Source: Bugula neritina (taxonomy: Eukaryota; Animalia; Bryozoa). From it: DNA of 64,000 nucleotides. Position numbers and translations under genes: made by a program. Positions within the stretch are counted from its first letter, which is position 1; the number at the start of each line of letters is the position of its first letter. The notes below the pieces were generated by a model. It saw nothing but the letters and a program-made list of their open reading frames with translations. It was not told where the DNA came from and ran no database searches. Positions 40,333 to 60,200 of the stretch are shown piece after piece. The stretch spans positions 14,746,642-14,810,641 of the forward strand of contig OZ037770.1 of NCBI GenBank assembly GCA_964035545.1. Reading direction: 5' to 3'.

Positions 40333-43300
40333 GTTGGTATTCAAATATTGGCAATAACGCAATTTTAAAGTTTAGATATTATGCAACTGTTATTGTAAAA
40401 ATTATTGTGTTAAGCAATTTGCATTTTAAAGCTCTTTGGTATATAACTTCTCCTTTGCTTGTGATTTAGTTGCTTTCAGTTGAAATTTACCTTATCAATT
40501 GAACAACTGTAATTGGAATTGCAGTTGACAATCTAAATTGAAGCCCCAAAAATTATTAGGCAATAATTATTTCATCTTGTTATTAATCAATATACATGAT
40601 ACACTTGTACAAGGAAATATACTACACAGTAGCAACATTAACGTTTCATAGAAGTACTATAAATAGAACACGTAAAACATTCAGATGTAATTACTTTGCC
40701 ACACAAATAGTGCACAATATTCAATATGCAATTACATTTGATACAGTCGTTTACAATCACAAAGTCTGGGCCATTATAGTATACTATAATATAAAAATCA
40801 CTACCACACAGGAATAATCTCTCCATCAACGGGAGTAATCTCCCCATATACAGGAGTAATCTCCCCATATACGGGAATAATATCCTCATGAAAAGGAGTA
40901 GTCCCTCATGAAACACTGTTCAAGAGGCTCCTTAAGGCTTGTTGCACAACTATATTAGCTTGATGCTCCACAGTATAGTCACTGATTTCATAAGAAGTTG
41001 TCTTTTCTAACCTTTGACCTTCACTTTCAAGGGTTCTGTAATCATCGATATGGAAATGTTTAAGATCTTTATTCTACTTTTACCTAAACTATGTTTAAAT
41101 AAGATTAATTAGCTCCAAAACACCGCTGTTCTATAACGTACTATGTACTATGTATTGTCTAACTCTATAATGCCACATATGCTACTATTAACATTACCAA
41201 ATAAAATTATATATTCTTTCAACAAATTAAATATTTGAAAACTATAACTTATTAAACTCTCTTACCGGGAGATTGCTGAATCCACAACCCTTTGTGCAGG
41301 TTTGTGAGTTATCTCCTCTTCTTCAAGTCTTCTCAACACTTGCCGAAGACCTGCCTTTACATCCTCCAAGTTCCCTCCAGTGTTCGGCTCCGTTATGATG
41401 ATTTCAGGCTTCGTTTCCGCTTGGCATATCTTTGAGTTGTGTTCTCTTTCATCTAAGGCCGGCTTTTCATTTCCTGTTCCTGTTTCTTGCGTAGTCTCGG
41501 AGAGTGAAAGGTTTTGCTGACTTTCGGCTGCCTGGTGGTCGCTGCTTCCCATAGTCACTGAGTCATCTTCTACTGTGAGAGAACACAACTCTTAACTAGT
41601 ATAGTATACAAACTTGCATCAACTAAAAAGAAAACAACTCCTCAACATGTTCTGTTTACAAACCCATAAATACTGTATAATGTTAATGTGTCAATGTAAC
41701 ATAATAAAATAATGCTACTTTGTCATGAATGTTATGTAATGATGTCATTATGTTATTGCTTATGTTATTATTGTTATGTTATTACATAATGTTTATATCA
41801 CTGAGTTTTAAGCAGAACCATTCAAACTAGCTGAAACTATAGCATCAGAAGTATAATATTATAACATTCTGTACGCAATTGTTCACCTTTTCATAAATAA
41901 CAGCATCTTTTGGTTGAATCACTCATGCGTTGTTTATAGTCTTAAATCTAAAAACTAGAAAAAGCTTCTCTTAAACTTTACAAATCAAATTGTGCTTTTG
42001 GAATTTATTCTGCAAATGTATAAGTTACTGAGAGCATGAATAAACTTGCTTCTAAGTGCATGCAACTGCTGTCAAATATCAAGCTCTTACGCATGCTCAG
42101 TTTGCACTTCAAGCATCCAAAAACTATAATAACATTGTATAATATTATATAATAATATTACATTATAATTGTATATAAATTATTAAATGATAAAGCAAAT
42201 ATACTGTGAAAAAATATTAGCAAATAATATTGTGAACAATAAAAACTTTGTTTGGCCTTTAAACTAATTTAATAAAATATAACCTATAGCTGTGAACTCA
42301 TTTGGAAATCTGAACTTACGGCCATATTGCTTGTAGATTCGGCTCCTCCATTTCCTCCGAAGATACTCATGAAAGTTAGACCCGACTACCAGAGTATAGC
42401 TGGTAGCAGCAGCAGCCTATACAAACAACAAACTATATATTAGTTTGTTGTTCTGTATACTTATAAATATGGGAAAAGCTGACTGCCTCAGCCTCAAATA
42501 AGATTAGAAACATTACATAAGATTGCTATAAAATTATTTCTTATTGGATGCTATTACTAATTAGCTTTTAGCAAATAAATATTACTTTGATGGGATTTTA
42601 TATATTCTCCGCATATATAATATATTATAATGTATAATATATATAATATATTATCATATATCATAAAACAAAACAGATATATATTATTATAGCAAAATTA
42701 TGTCATAAATTTTCTACAATCAAATACAATTTTCAAAGTAATTTGGTGCTTCGATTGCAAAAAATATGATCCAATTTATTAACCTAAGTTTTTATATTAT
42801 AAACATTACTATATTGCAAACTTCGATTTATTTTCTATATATTGTAAATTGTAATAAAACCACATATTACCATATTAAACTGTAATTTGAATATGTAAAT
42901 AATTTTACTGCACTATAATATATTTGTTTTATTAAAATACAATTTTCAGGCTATAGTTTAGTAATTCCCACATGCTGTAAACTTTTACTATGCATGAGTG
43001 CCTGTGCACCATATTGAATGTTAGTCGAGTTGCTATAGAAACAGAAATGCTTCCACAAGCAACAATTTATCTTGATATAAAACTAGTTTAAAATTAAATT
43101 TATAATACAGATGTATAATGATATATTTTGGTCTTATATATTTCAAGAGCTGCGTCTATATAATAATACAAAATTCGTGAATAAAATTTTTGACAAATCA
43201 AAAATATAATTTGTATAACAAAACAGACAATTTATTTCTCTGTTTTTGATAGCAAGTATAGTTTTTTTTTATAGAAATAAAGTTTTTCATTAATAAATAC

Positions 43301-43370
43301 AACTCACCACAATCAGCCAGGTTTTCTTGCTCTGTAAAATTCCCCTGAGAGCTGGGCGCCAGCTCCACAT
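40074..43370 (-). CDS. Tentative ~165-aa single-pass membrane protein of unknown function. Exons 43370-43308, 42416-42320, 41572-41266, 40104-40074 (first and last boundaries uncertain)
   Basis: GC-richer exon-like blocks with canonical sites join in phase: MWSWRPALRGILQSKKTWLIV/AAAATSYTLVVGSNFHEYLRRKWRSRIYKQYG/LEDDSVTMG...LEDVKAGLRQVLRRLEEEE...AISR/LYILAAAWL*. Confidence 0.55.
40250..40330. repeat. (TA)n microsatellite
   Basis: Pure TA run. Confidence 0.95.
40811..40910. repeat. Degenerate ~21-bp tandem repeat
   Basis: Unit approximately GGAGTAATCTCCCCATATACA, 4-5 copies. Confidence 0.7.
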
Positions 43371-46300
43371 CTTTGCAACTAACAGCTGACCCACTTCAAC
43401 GCTTAGTTCCACCTAAACAGGAGGTATAATAAAACAAGTTTCTAGTCAATAAAACCTGCCAAAGGAAATTTCCCTTTCCTTCTGTTTTATGTCATTCTTT
43501 AGTATTTACAACAGAGACTGAATTACGTTGTTTATTCAAGTGGCGTTTGCTGTTTATTAGTATAAATTATAATTATGATTAATTGAGTTTTCAAATTAGA
43601 CTAATAATAACAGTGTATTTACAGCAGTTAACCTTTAGCAGTGAACAATTTACTGATTTAAACCTGGCTATATTAGTTTATGATCGTGATCCAAGGATTG
43701 ACCTTTGACCTCTATAATTATGACTCATTACAGAGTGTGTGTTTTCAACAGGAAGAGCTTTATATTGGAGCTTAATTTCCGCTACATGCAGCCTTATTAG
43801 ATACCCAACACTGCATGTTTAGATTCTATATATACTACAGCTGCTTAAAACCATTCACTATACAATAGTGGATAAAATTAGTTTATACAATTATTATTGT
43901 TTTAAACCAGGCTCTGACGCTTTGGAATGATTTAGCTGTGATTTGATAAAAGCTGTCGTTTAAAACACAAATTCTATCAGTTCAAAGGTTAATATTGAAA
44001 AATATTTAACTTCTTCGTAGATAATGCCTGCTTATTGCTGAGCCAATATCTTTCTAAATCTACTAATCAGCTTGAAAAGATATAACCAGCTATAAACACA
44101 TTTTTGCTAAACGGGTATCTGTCAACACCATATGTTTCACATAACACCATATACCTACTCAAAGTTAACTACGCTAAATTTTCAAAATAATAATTTGTAA
44201 ACTATGCCAGGCATGCAGTAAATAAACCTGGTGTTGGAAATTTGAAATTGATGACATCTGTTATAGGTACTTCTTTGTAAATTCAATTGATTTCATTAAA
44301 GAATTATTTATTTAGACTACTTGAGCAATAAGAAAAAGTTCTCCAACTATCAGTTGATTTGTACCTACTTAGTACTTACTGCGTGTGAGAAAGATAGACC
44401 TTCATCTAGCTCAGGGAAACTACTTCGAAGATGAATATTGCTCTCTAACTTAGCATAGAATAACAAGCTGGCCGCTGCTGTAACTATTTACTGGGTATTA
44501 GTAACTAATCTAACGTTGTAATAATAGCTAACTCTATACAACACAGCGTTATTATTACGCTTGTAACTGGTATATAACATTTTCCTCATTGGAAGTCAAT
44601 ATTATTCAGCATGTAGAAAATGTTTGAAGCTATATCATTACACACAGTGAATGTTATATTCATTTGATAAAAAGCAATCAGTGTTAGGAGATGCTGTCTA
44701 TAATTAGTCATGATAACGGCAGCAGCATATTATGCTGCCGCATCATTACAATAGCAACTGGTGAATTGACGAGGCTGTTGAAACTAGAAAATCAATACTG
44801 AAGTGATTGTACAGTAGTGTTACATTACATTATATTATAGCAATGTATAGCCTTGATATAGACTGTTTATATGCTACTCTATTTTATAGTAATAGTATAA
44901 AAAATATTATATGTTATAATATATAGTGATATAATATGTTAGTATGCTATAATTTGATATTGAAAATATATGCATTCCAGTATACCTATCATCACCTAAC
45001 ATAAAATATACTATATCATTTAATACTAAAGTAACGCAATGGTTATACGCGTACTATTATATATATAAGTATAATGTAGTATTCCGGGTTACAATATTCT
45101 CACCTATAATCTCCACTTTGTCCTGTGTGGGTATTGCAGGTAGGCTACATGTTACAATATAATAGTTATATAATATTATATGTGGCTATATATACTCTAT
45201 ACTCTATACATTATAATATGTTATATTACCACTAAAAAACATAATAAGCTACATTGGCTCATCAAAGTAAATATTATTTCATGGCGTCCATTAATTATTT
45301 TCACTATACACGTGTGTTACTGCTTCACAGAGCTAAATGAATATGCTTTTCTTATTGTTCTGCCTATATAAGAATATCTACTTAATCATATAAAGATTAA
45401 CTTGAATGTGGGAGCGGAATCTTCAAAAATTTTTGTTAGAATAAAGCTATTAGTGACACTGCAAGTTCACTATGTTTTTAAATAAATGAGCGTTATATAA
45501 TTGCAGACATGTATAATTCATTTATAATTGATTGCAATTTACATATCAAAGCTAAAGTTTTGTCAATTTTATTAGCATAAATAATTGTTTGAAATTTTAA
45601 AAAAAATTTTGCTTTTCTTCCTTTCTGTGTCAAAACTTTTAGCTCATGTATAAACAACAGCTAGAACCAGCTTGTGGCAAGTACACAACCATAGAATTAT
45701 CTCACCCACAATAAGCGTGGCTTGCTTTAAGTAAAGAGTTATCTATTCAAATTTGTACAATAACGAAAACTTTTAAAAAAAGTAAAAGTTTGAGTTTATA
45801 GTTACCCGTCATGTGATTTGGAAAACCCACAAAACACGAGCCATTTTGCTATTATTGCGGGCGTGTAAGTTTTACCCTCAACATTGCTTTTTTGTGTCCA
45901 TTAACCTTGCTAAAGGCACAAAAGGAAGTAGCAGCGCTATTGGTGATAGGAGTGTTTTCTTTGTACAAAAACTGAACTGGAATAACGAATTGTTACATTA
46001 GAAACTCATCCGTGTATAAGGTAGGTTGTATAACGCATTTTGATTTTCAGCGAATTTAAACTGTAATACTAATATCGCGACAGATTTTACTTTAGGATTT
46101 CATTAACACTGTAATATTATAGATTCACCGATAGTTCAAGTTGAACTTGAACTCGGATCAGACTCAGTTTCATCGATCTCACTCTGAGGCTGACAGTCAG
46201 AGTCACAGTGATACTGGTACTCTGACTCTTCGATTTAGAGTTAGTTATAGCAAATAACTAATAATAGTAATACCACTTCCAGTAGTACTAGTAGTAGACA

Positions 46301-46663
46301 GTAGCACTAGATCAAGATGTAGTGGCACTGTTAGGCTTACAGTTACAGTTCATCTTTTTACTTTTCATTCTGTGGCCTAATAAGTATTTTAGTTTTTATT
46401 TCGTGCATGCAAACTAGAATATTCACCAGCTAAGCACATCTTTCTTTCCTTTTTACATGTTTGAGTTGAAAGTTGAGTGTAATCTAAATCAATATGAATT
46501 TTATAACTACTTGAAAAAATAGTTGATGCGAAAAATAATTAATGCGTGTCAAGTGTTTATTTTAAAACTTGAATTTATTCCTGATTGTTAGAACATTGAT
46601 TTCACGTTTTCTATTTCTTGTGAATTGTTATTTTTTCAGAATTTTCTTACTTAAACTGTAAAG

Positions 46664-50372
<3,709 letters not shown>

Positions 50373-51326
50373 TATGCTCAACTTTCTGATTAGAGATCAT
50401 TGTGACTGTGTACCACTTCACTGCCATTTCAGTGACATCTTCAGTATAATAATCACTTTGTTTTTTCTTTCGAGATCTGTATCAAACAGCTGCACAGTGC
50501 ATTAACCACTCTGTTTCCATTGCATGTGATGTATTTTATTACTTATTGCACAGTAAACCATATTTTTGAATGTTTTTATTCAATAACTTGTTTTTGCAAA
50601 TCTTAATCTTCTGAATAATAAAACATTTTTATTCATTTTACTACTACTACTTTTTTCTGGTAAAAGTTATGTTGAGGGAAATTTGCATATTTGTAGGAAC
50701 CTACTGATTCGCAGTCTATGGTTATACATGAAACCAATAATCTATATTTGGTTGCATTTGCTGTGCTTTTACTCACTTCAACAAAACAGGGTAGTGACTT
50801 TCATCTGCATTATCAGTTCTTCTAAAATATAGTGAAAGTAACTTCCAGGTTAATCGAAAGTACATAACACCAAATATTAAAATATGATTAAAATAATTTA
50901 CTGGTAGATAAACAAAAATATCCAGTACTGTAGCACTTTCTCTGTCAATATGATGATGATGGGTTCTAGCTGTAGTAGGTCATTGGCTCTCATGTGAACA
51001 TCTTCCAAGTCCATTGAAAAACAACGCATCAAAGGCAGTAATCAATCGAGGAGAAAAATACAATAACTACAACTTTACAAATTCTCTTCTAGCTCAATAT
51101 TATTTATAAAAACTATTGCAGTAATTGAAACTGCCTTAGGAGTACACAAATACAGCCTGCTTTCTTTCCTATAATGGTAAAACAGTCCCATGCTTTTTAA
51201 CTACACTGAAACTTCCTTGTGTTAATTGAAAACAACAGAAATCATATACAGATAATACAAATATTAACAAGTATACAATCGAAATACGATTGGTTTGAGA
51301 CTGGGAGTTGCATTCTCATACACGAG

Positions 51327-52695
51327 TTAGATTTGTGACTTCAGATAGCAGTCTCTGATGCTACTAGTCTGGCCTGGTGATGCGTTGCTAAGCAACTGGC
51401 ATTTGTTAGGTGGACTCAGATAAATCCACAGCACTTCTGCTGTTTCACACAGAGTAAAGCACATTTTTCTGTGCTGATAGACAGATGCCCTTCTTTAAAC
51501 AGGAAGTCCCGATAACCAGAGAATTCATCACACGTTTTGACGATGACGAATCGGTAGTGGCCAGTTGACTCTGAGGTTTCTACACAGCCAACATCTGGTT
51601 TGTTTTCTTTACTATTCTCCGGAATCACTGGACCTGGGACTGTGGTCTCTTCCACTGTAATGTCACATGATGTATTGCAGCAATGTATTGAATATAGTAG
51701 AGAATTAAAACCTAGGGAGCAGCTGTGATCTAGGGGTTAGAGCGTTTGTCTAGTAAGCACAAAGCCATAGGTTCTAGCCTCCAAAAAGGCCATTGGTGAT
51801 GTTAGGAACAGCATCCAGTCATAATTGCTCCTGTGCCACATATGAATAAGCCTTTAGTTCAATTTAGCAAAAACCCCTTTCCATCAGGGAGTCTCGCAGG
51901 GATGGCGACTATAAACTAGCTTGAGAGAGTTTAGCATAGAGAGCTAAAGCCTGTTAAGAACTATATAATTCTATTATTAGAGAAAAATAATGTATAATGA
52001 GAAGTAGATATGTCACTTACCGTTGCTATCGGAGCAGAGAAAAGGTTTGGCACAGAAGAAGGACAACCCATTGTCCTGGTGAAAGTCTATCTCTCCTTTC
52101 TCACTGATAATAAGTCTCCACTGAGATCTTGTGTCACTATAGCTATGATCATGATCACTCAGCCCAGGGTGGTACGACTCCGATATTAAAGCATTGTTGT
52201 CTAGCCAACGGGCATGCTCGAACTCTCCTGATATGCCAATATGCACGGCCCTACATTTGCCTGTTTGAAAAAGCTCTTTATGATTTAGCAACTGGCAATA
52301 AAATAATATTTTCATTTCCATTTTGTTAATATCTTATTTTCATTATTTCTCTCTGAGAAAGACAAAATAAGTGATGCCTCATTAAATCAAATAACTACCA
52401 AAGATAATTTATTAGATTAGGATATATGCTGCAAAATTCTTAACTTACTGCATGCTTTTTTTATCCAGTCAAGTAAGAACGAAAGTGTTGAAGTTGATCG
52501 AATGGAAGCTAGCACAGCATTTCCTTTGGAGCAAGCAGTAGAAGCTGTAGCGAAGTACTCTCTTTCGTCGTGGTACTCATAACAGGTGCTGTTATGTTCC
52601 ACCCATCCTTCCAAGCAGCATGTCTTTGGAGAACCATGGCTCAAATCATTCAAAAAAAGAATGCCATAAAATATATTCAAATATAAAAATTTCAT
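51327..52695 (-). CDS. Secreted C-type-lectin-like + PAN/apple protein, with an apparent 1-bp frameshift near 51420. Exons 52695-52449, 52260-52021, 51654-51327
   Basis: Leader MKFLYLNIFYGILFL; CLEGWVEHNSTCYEY...FATASTACSKGNAVLASI; VHIGI...RWLD...FFC; EKCALLCVKQQKCCGF. The shifted frame continues LSPPNKCQLL...DCYLK, matching the paralogue at 53885. Confidence 0.8.
51715..51920 (+). mobile_element. Degenerate tRNA-headed SINE (second family)
   Basis: A-box-like TGATCTAGGGGTTAGAGCG and B-box-like GGTTCTAGCC, followed by a GC-richer body inside an AT-rich intron. Single copy in this window. Confidence 0.5.
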
Positions 52696-53824
52696 TCTTT
52701 TCAACTTTTTTAAGCAATGCTAAGAGTTTCTTCGTCCTATACAAGGTTTACACTGACAATATGAAAAATATTAATAAATGTCATCTATACTTGGACTAGA
52801 GAAAACAGATGTTTAATTACAGTTTTCAGTGTTGAAGTGTTATCAGAAAAGCTTTGATGAACCTGATTAAAAGCATTGCATTAGGGTTGGGCTACAAACA
52901 GTGATGATGTGATTGTAAATATATAATTAAAGTTTTATAACTATGATGAACAGTTTAAAGCTTGTTGATTGATTTTGAAGTTTTACTCAAAAGAAACTTT
53001 TAATAACGCTTTTGATGACTTCAAAATATTATGTTTTTAGCCGAGAGATTGAAACTGATTGAAATGAATTCAGGTTAGGACACGTCAGTAGAAATCAAAA
53101 CTATTGAAATAATGATTATTGTTATAAAGAACAGTTCTGATTGAGTAAGAGTTCTATTTGGGACGTGAAAATATTTGATGTAAAGGAACATTTATATAGT
53201 GCGGTACCTGTTTGGTTATATCTACAGTGAGTTTCCCAGTAACAGCAGAATTTCAAGAGTGAATTATTTAATATATATATTCAGATGCATGTTTTAAACA
53301 CATAAAGCATATACTGTGTTTTGAAGTTGTGTATTATCAAGCTTTGTATAAAATTAAGAAAAAGTTCTTTATTCTAAAGTCAATAGACAATAAAAATCTG
53401 GGACAGAGGCTGGTGTTATAACTCTTAAAATTTAGGAAAAAAACTTTAAAAAATTTGAAATATGAACTATAGTTTGTTGAATGAAGCATAAAATTTAGAA
53501 AGTGTGATTTGTTAGTATAAATATATTACTGCATCATATAACAGAAATGAAGGTGGAGAGGAAATTTGACACAGTAAACTGCAGCAGCTTATAATATATG
53601 GTGCGGTTGCATTTTCTAAAACGTAAATGGTCAGTTTATCAATATAACGATATATTACAAACTCTCATTATAGTATTATAATTATTTCATCATCGGCAAA
53701 ATATATAGGATATTAAAATATTAATTGTTTTTCTAACAATCATTAGATTTACTATTTGTCGTTTAATAAGTGAGAAGGAAATTGTGTTTTCACTGCTTTA
53801 TACTATACTTATAGTTCAGCTAAA

Positions 53825-53880
53825 CAGCAGCAGTAGCAGTAGCAGCAGTAACAGCAGCAGCAGCGGCAGTAGCAGAAGCA
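53825..53880. repeat. Imperfect (CAG)n immediately 5' of the ATG
   Basis: CAGCAGCAGTAGCAG... run. Confidence 0.8.
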
Positions 53881-53884
53881 TAAA

Positions 53885-56032
<2,148 letters not shown>

Positions 56033-56954
56033 TATTTCTGTGATTTGAATGTTTGGTGCGATATTCTGCAAAGGAAGTGCATAGTGATTTGATCAAACGA
56101 CTCCATTAATTAGCCAAGAAGCCGGAAATATTTCATTATATGTTTGAAATAAATACTTATAATTCATGTTTATCTAAATTATATAATAAATGTAGTAAAT
56201 TTATTTTATAGTTGATATTTTTCAGGTTTCACAGGCTCTTTCCAAGCTTTTGTTATGGTTTATAAACTGTTGTATTGTTTCGTAACATTTTGTTTAGAGT
56301 TCTTTTATTATAACATTATAATATATATAGTGTATGCAATCAATATTGTGTTGTATATGATTTGAAAAGTAAATTTATTTGCATTATAAATTGCTATATA
56401 TACTCATGAAAAAATGCATTATTATAGGAACATTTTGCAGCTTTAGTTTTTTAACAATATATTATTTTCTTTGAAGCAGTTTCAGGAATACATAGTTAGC
56501 TATTAAATATCATAGCTCGCAATGTATACAAAATGTTTTAAAGACTGTGAAATACCGCAGTTCAATTCAATAAACAAAGTAATATTTGATAATTTCGGGT
56601 TGTGAAACTTTAACCAGATCTACATTTTTGAGATGGTAATATATGTATTTTGACAAAATTAACTCAACTCACCATAACAATAAATAGCAATGCAAAATTT
56701 ATTTCTCTTGGATGGTACCAAGGTATTATATGCTTTCATAGTTGGAACCAAATAAGTTGAATGTTTCCAATAAAACTTACATAATTAAAATAATGAAATA
56801 AACCTGAAAGAAAATGTTTCTTTCAGTCAACTCTGAATTTTATCATTAGCCCTTTAAGATACAGCTGACTGCTGCAGAATGATATATGAAAAGATAAAAA
56901 TTTATTTATGTTATAGTAAATTTTATACACGTATACACTATACATATGGTGTCC

Positions 56955-57220
56955 GGTAAACATGGCACAGGTAATAATGGTGTCATTAATAATGGTACAA
57001 ATTATTAAGTAGGTAAAAATGTCACATTTTAAATATTAGGGTTTGAGGGGGGGGGGTTGGGCGTTTAGGATGGAGAGCTGAGGTTTGGAAATGGGGGTTT
57101 GAGTTTGGGGTTGGGGTTTTAAGTTTGAGGGTTTGGGGTTTGAGAAAATTTAACATCAGTGCGCCATTTTTTCCTACTTTTCCATTTGTGCCATTTTTAC
57201 TTGTGCTATTTTTACTTACA
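56955..57220. mobile_element. Foldback/MITE-like element with internally repetitive inverted termini and a G/T-rich core
   Basis: Left GGTAAACATGGCACAGGTAATAATGG..TACAAAT..AAGTAGGTAAAAATGTCAC resembles the reverse complement of the right end, AGTAAAAATAGCACAAGTAAAAATGGCACAAATGGAAAAGTAGGAAAAAATGGCGCAC. Core consists of GGGGTTTGAG-like units. Confidence 0.65.
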
Positions 57221-60200
57221 ATTATATACATATATGTAAGTTCTTGTTAATAAAGGAGTTTAAAGTAAAGTACAGGAGTTGTATTTCCTTCATCAAAAAT
57301 GCTCAAAAATTGATTTGTAATTAAAGTATGTAGACAAGATAGAGTGTTGTCCTGACAACAATGATAAATATAGCCTTAGTAACACATGCTCCAGTTTTCA
57401 CTGCAAAAAGTGGTGGTGGAAGAGAATTTGGTTTTATCCCAGATAGACGCTACTTTTTATTTGGGTACCTACACAACTGTTGTATTGATTGTTAAATAGC
57501 TGATATGCTTATAGCTATAATAACTAATTTGGGATGACACCGGGAAATCTTTCTAATTTATGCTTCTTTTGTGATAAAAACCCACAGTCAATGCCAGGAG
57601 AGGACAATCCTTAGAGCCTCTTGAATCTGTATTATAAAGAGACTGTATAATGTTCAACTTGTGGGTTTTGTTACAAATTCAACAATAACTATCCAAAATA
57701 ACTTGTAAGGTATCCAACAGATCATTACGCAATTAATCTATATAATGAGAGACATAATATAGTAGCTGAATAGCATATATTATATAACTAACTAGTTAAA
57801 CTAGTATAGTATAATATAGCAAGCATCTGCCCACCCCATGTATATGATTGTATGACCTTTCTAGCCTTGTAAACCATTATGTATAGGCTACTATATTGGT
57901 CTGGTGCTGAGTCTAAGACTTCTACCCCACCCTAACCTTAGGCATTCATGCAGCCTCAGAATCTGTCTAACTGTAAGTGGGAGGTTGAATCAATCATCAG
58001 AAAAGTATTATTATACATGTTTACATAACCAGCTGCATTATATTGATGTAAGTAGAATTCTTTCTCTACATAGCATGATTATTGATTATGGAAGCAGCAT
58101 AATTAAGTTACTGCAGGCAAGGAATATGCAATAGTCATTACATCATTAAGCTTTCACTGCTGTACTAGCAACGCTTAGAGTAATGCAGGAATTTTAATAA
58201 CATAAAGCATTAAATATGAATGAACTTGCTTAGCATTTATAATGGACTTCCAATCAGAAGCTCTTGGCATCTTTGGTGTACAAAGGTAAGTTTTTGGTGT
58301 GAGTGCAGCTTATATATAACATAAGTCGCGATGCATTTATCAAATGTACTGTCAAAAATCTGAAAGCTGCTGTTTGTAATATTAAATGCCATATCTTAGC
58401 TGGTGTTAACAGCCACTGAGCTGAAACTATAACCCATTGTTCAATGGATTATAGTTCAATGCTAACAGCTAAGATGCAAAAGGCGTTGGGTTGGTGTTTA
58501 TGTTTGAAGTTATAAGCTTTTCACCAGTTTGTGAGAAATGAGGCTATAAACGACTGCAAATACTGACATCCACAAGTTAGAGTCTCTAATTGTAACAAAA
58601 AAGCCTAACCAAGCTGCAGTTTTACTAGTTTGGTAGCTGCAACATATGTCCAGGCACCTGCTAACACTTGCCAGTGTTTGTCATGGTTGATTGCATTATG
58701 ATTAAAAATAAATCAACCATCCCATAAGTACCCGCATTTCATTGCTTTGTAAAATGACTATATATTGCAAATAACTGAACTCAAGAATACATTCTTCAGA
58801 TTGATTATATTTTAATATATAACTCTAGTGACTGCTTTGTATAGCAAGTAGGTTCAGGATGTGTATACTTTAAAACAGGACATGTGTCTAAATGAACCTT
58901 TGGTTATGACATGTCAACATTGCCCATAAGATAGATAGTTTCTGCATTTAAAATATGGCAGGTAGTAGCAGGTGGTTGGCTACTAGTTTACACTTCTTGG
59001 TAAATAGAAATATAATTATTTGTGTCTCTTGAAGCAAAGAGTTGATATATTGATTCAGTGAATTAGTTACTATGCTTGCACTGGACTTGGTCGTGTAGTT
59101 CTCATAAGTTAGAATAATCTAATAGTTACTATATAATTATAGCCTATATTATTATTAATTTATTAACATGCACCCATGTTAACTAGTAGATGCATGATAT
59201 AGTTGGTCAACTTAAAAAGCTAGCTATGAGTATATGTTAAAGGTATAGAAGTCAAAACTAAAACATTTTATTAAACCGTACCTTAAACTAAAAATGCCGA
59301 CTTAGGTAGAATTAAACCCAATATTTAAATGACTAAACTGTAATAAGTGTAATTTTTATTTCAATTTTTTTGTCTGACTTAAAACAAATAATCATACATG
59401 CAGTTTCTTTAAAATTCTACGTACATTTTATATACTTATCTCTCAACACCAAAATGTTTAATTACTTACTTTATTTTAAAGCTAATTATTTTTGAAAACA
59501 TTGAAAATATGTTTATGTATATTTTAAAACTTTGCTAGAATTATTGGTTACACTCAACACTATACCCATTGCTTTACTGAATTATACGCTTATAGGTGAA
59601 CTTAGAAATATAATTATAGGTTCCAATATTTTAAGCTAATTTTACCCAAGGGCTATAGAAAAACCCATTAGACATGCTTACATTTATACTCTGCATAGAC
59701 TCAATCTGTTGGGAAATGTTTATAAATAATTGAACTTTTGACACCAGGTTTAGTAAATAAGATTTGTAAACAGAGTAACTATTTGAATTTACTCCATTCA
59801 CTATACTCAGTTGAGTAGAAAGCAGCTACATGTAATTGGCTAGTTACCAGATGGTGCCATATCATGTTGAATAACTCATTGCATCATGACAGGCCTTAGA
59901 GGTCAATTGCTGCTTATACAAAGAGATCAATTGTGTGAGCTACAAAGCATAGAACTATCAGCTGTCTTGTCATCTGTGAAAATATTTAATTAACCCAAAA
60001 GTAATCCTGTATGCAAGCAGATGCCTATCCACACCCTAACACAATTAGTTACCTCGGCAACCATAGTCCATCAGTTCCACATAAAAATGATAATTTATAA
60101 CTTTAATATATTATGCATTAATTTATTTGCAAAATGCTTCCTTTCTTGTATCGCCATTTTAGGATGTATAATTAAAAGTTGGCTTAAAACATTTTTCTGT

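Noticed and set aside
57036-57145. Interstitial telomere
   Set aside because: Only one TTAGGG; units are irregular and enclosed by inverted repeats.
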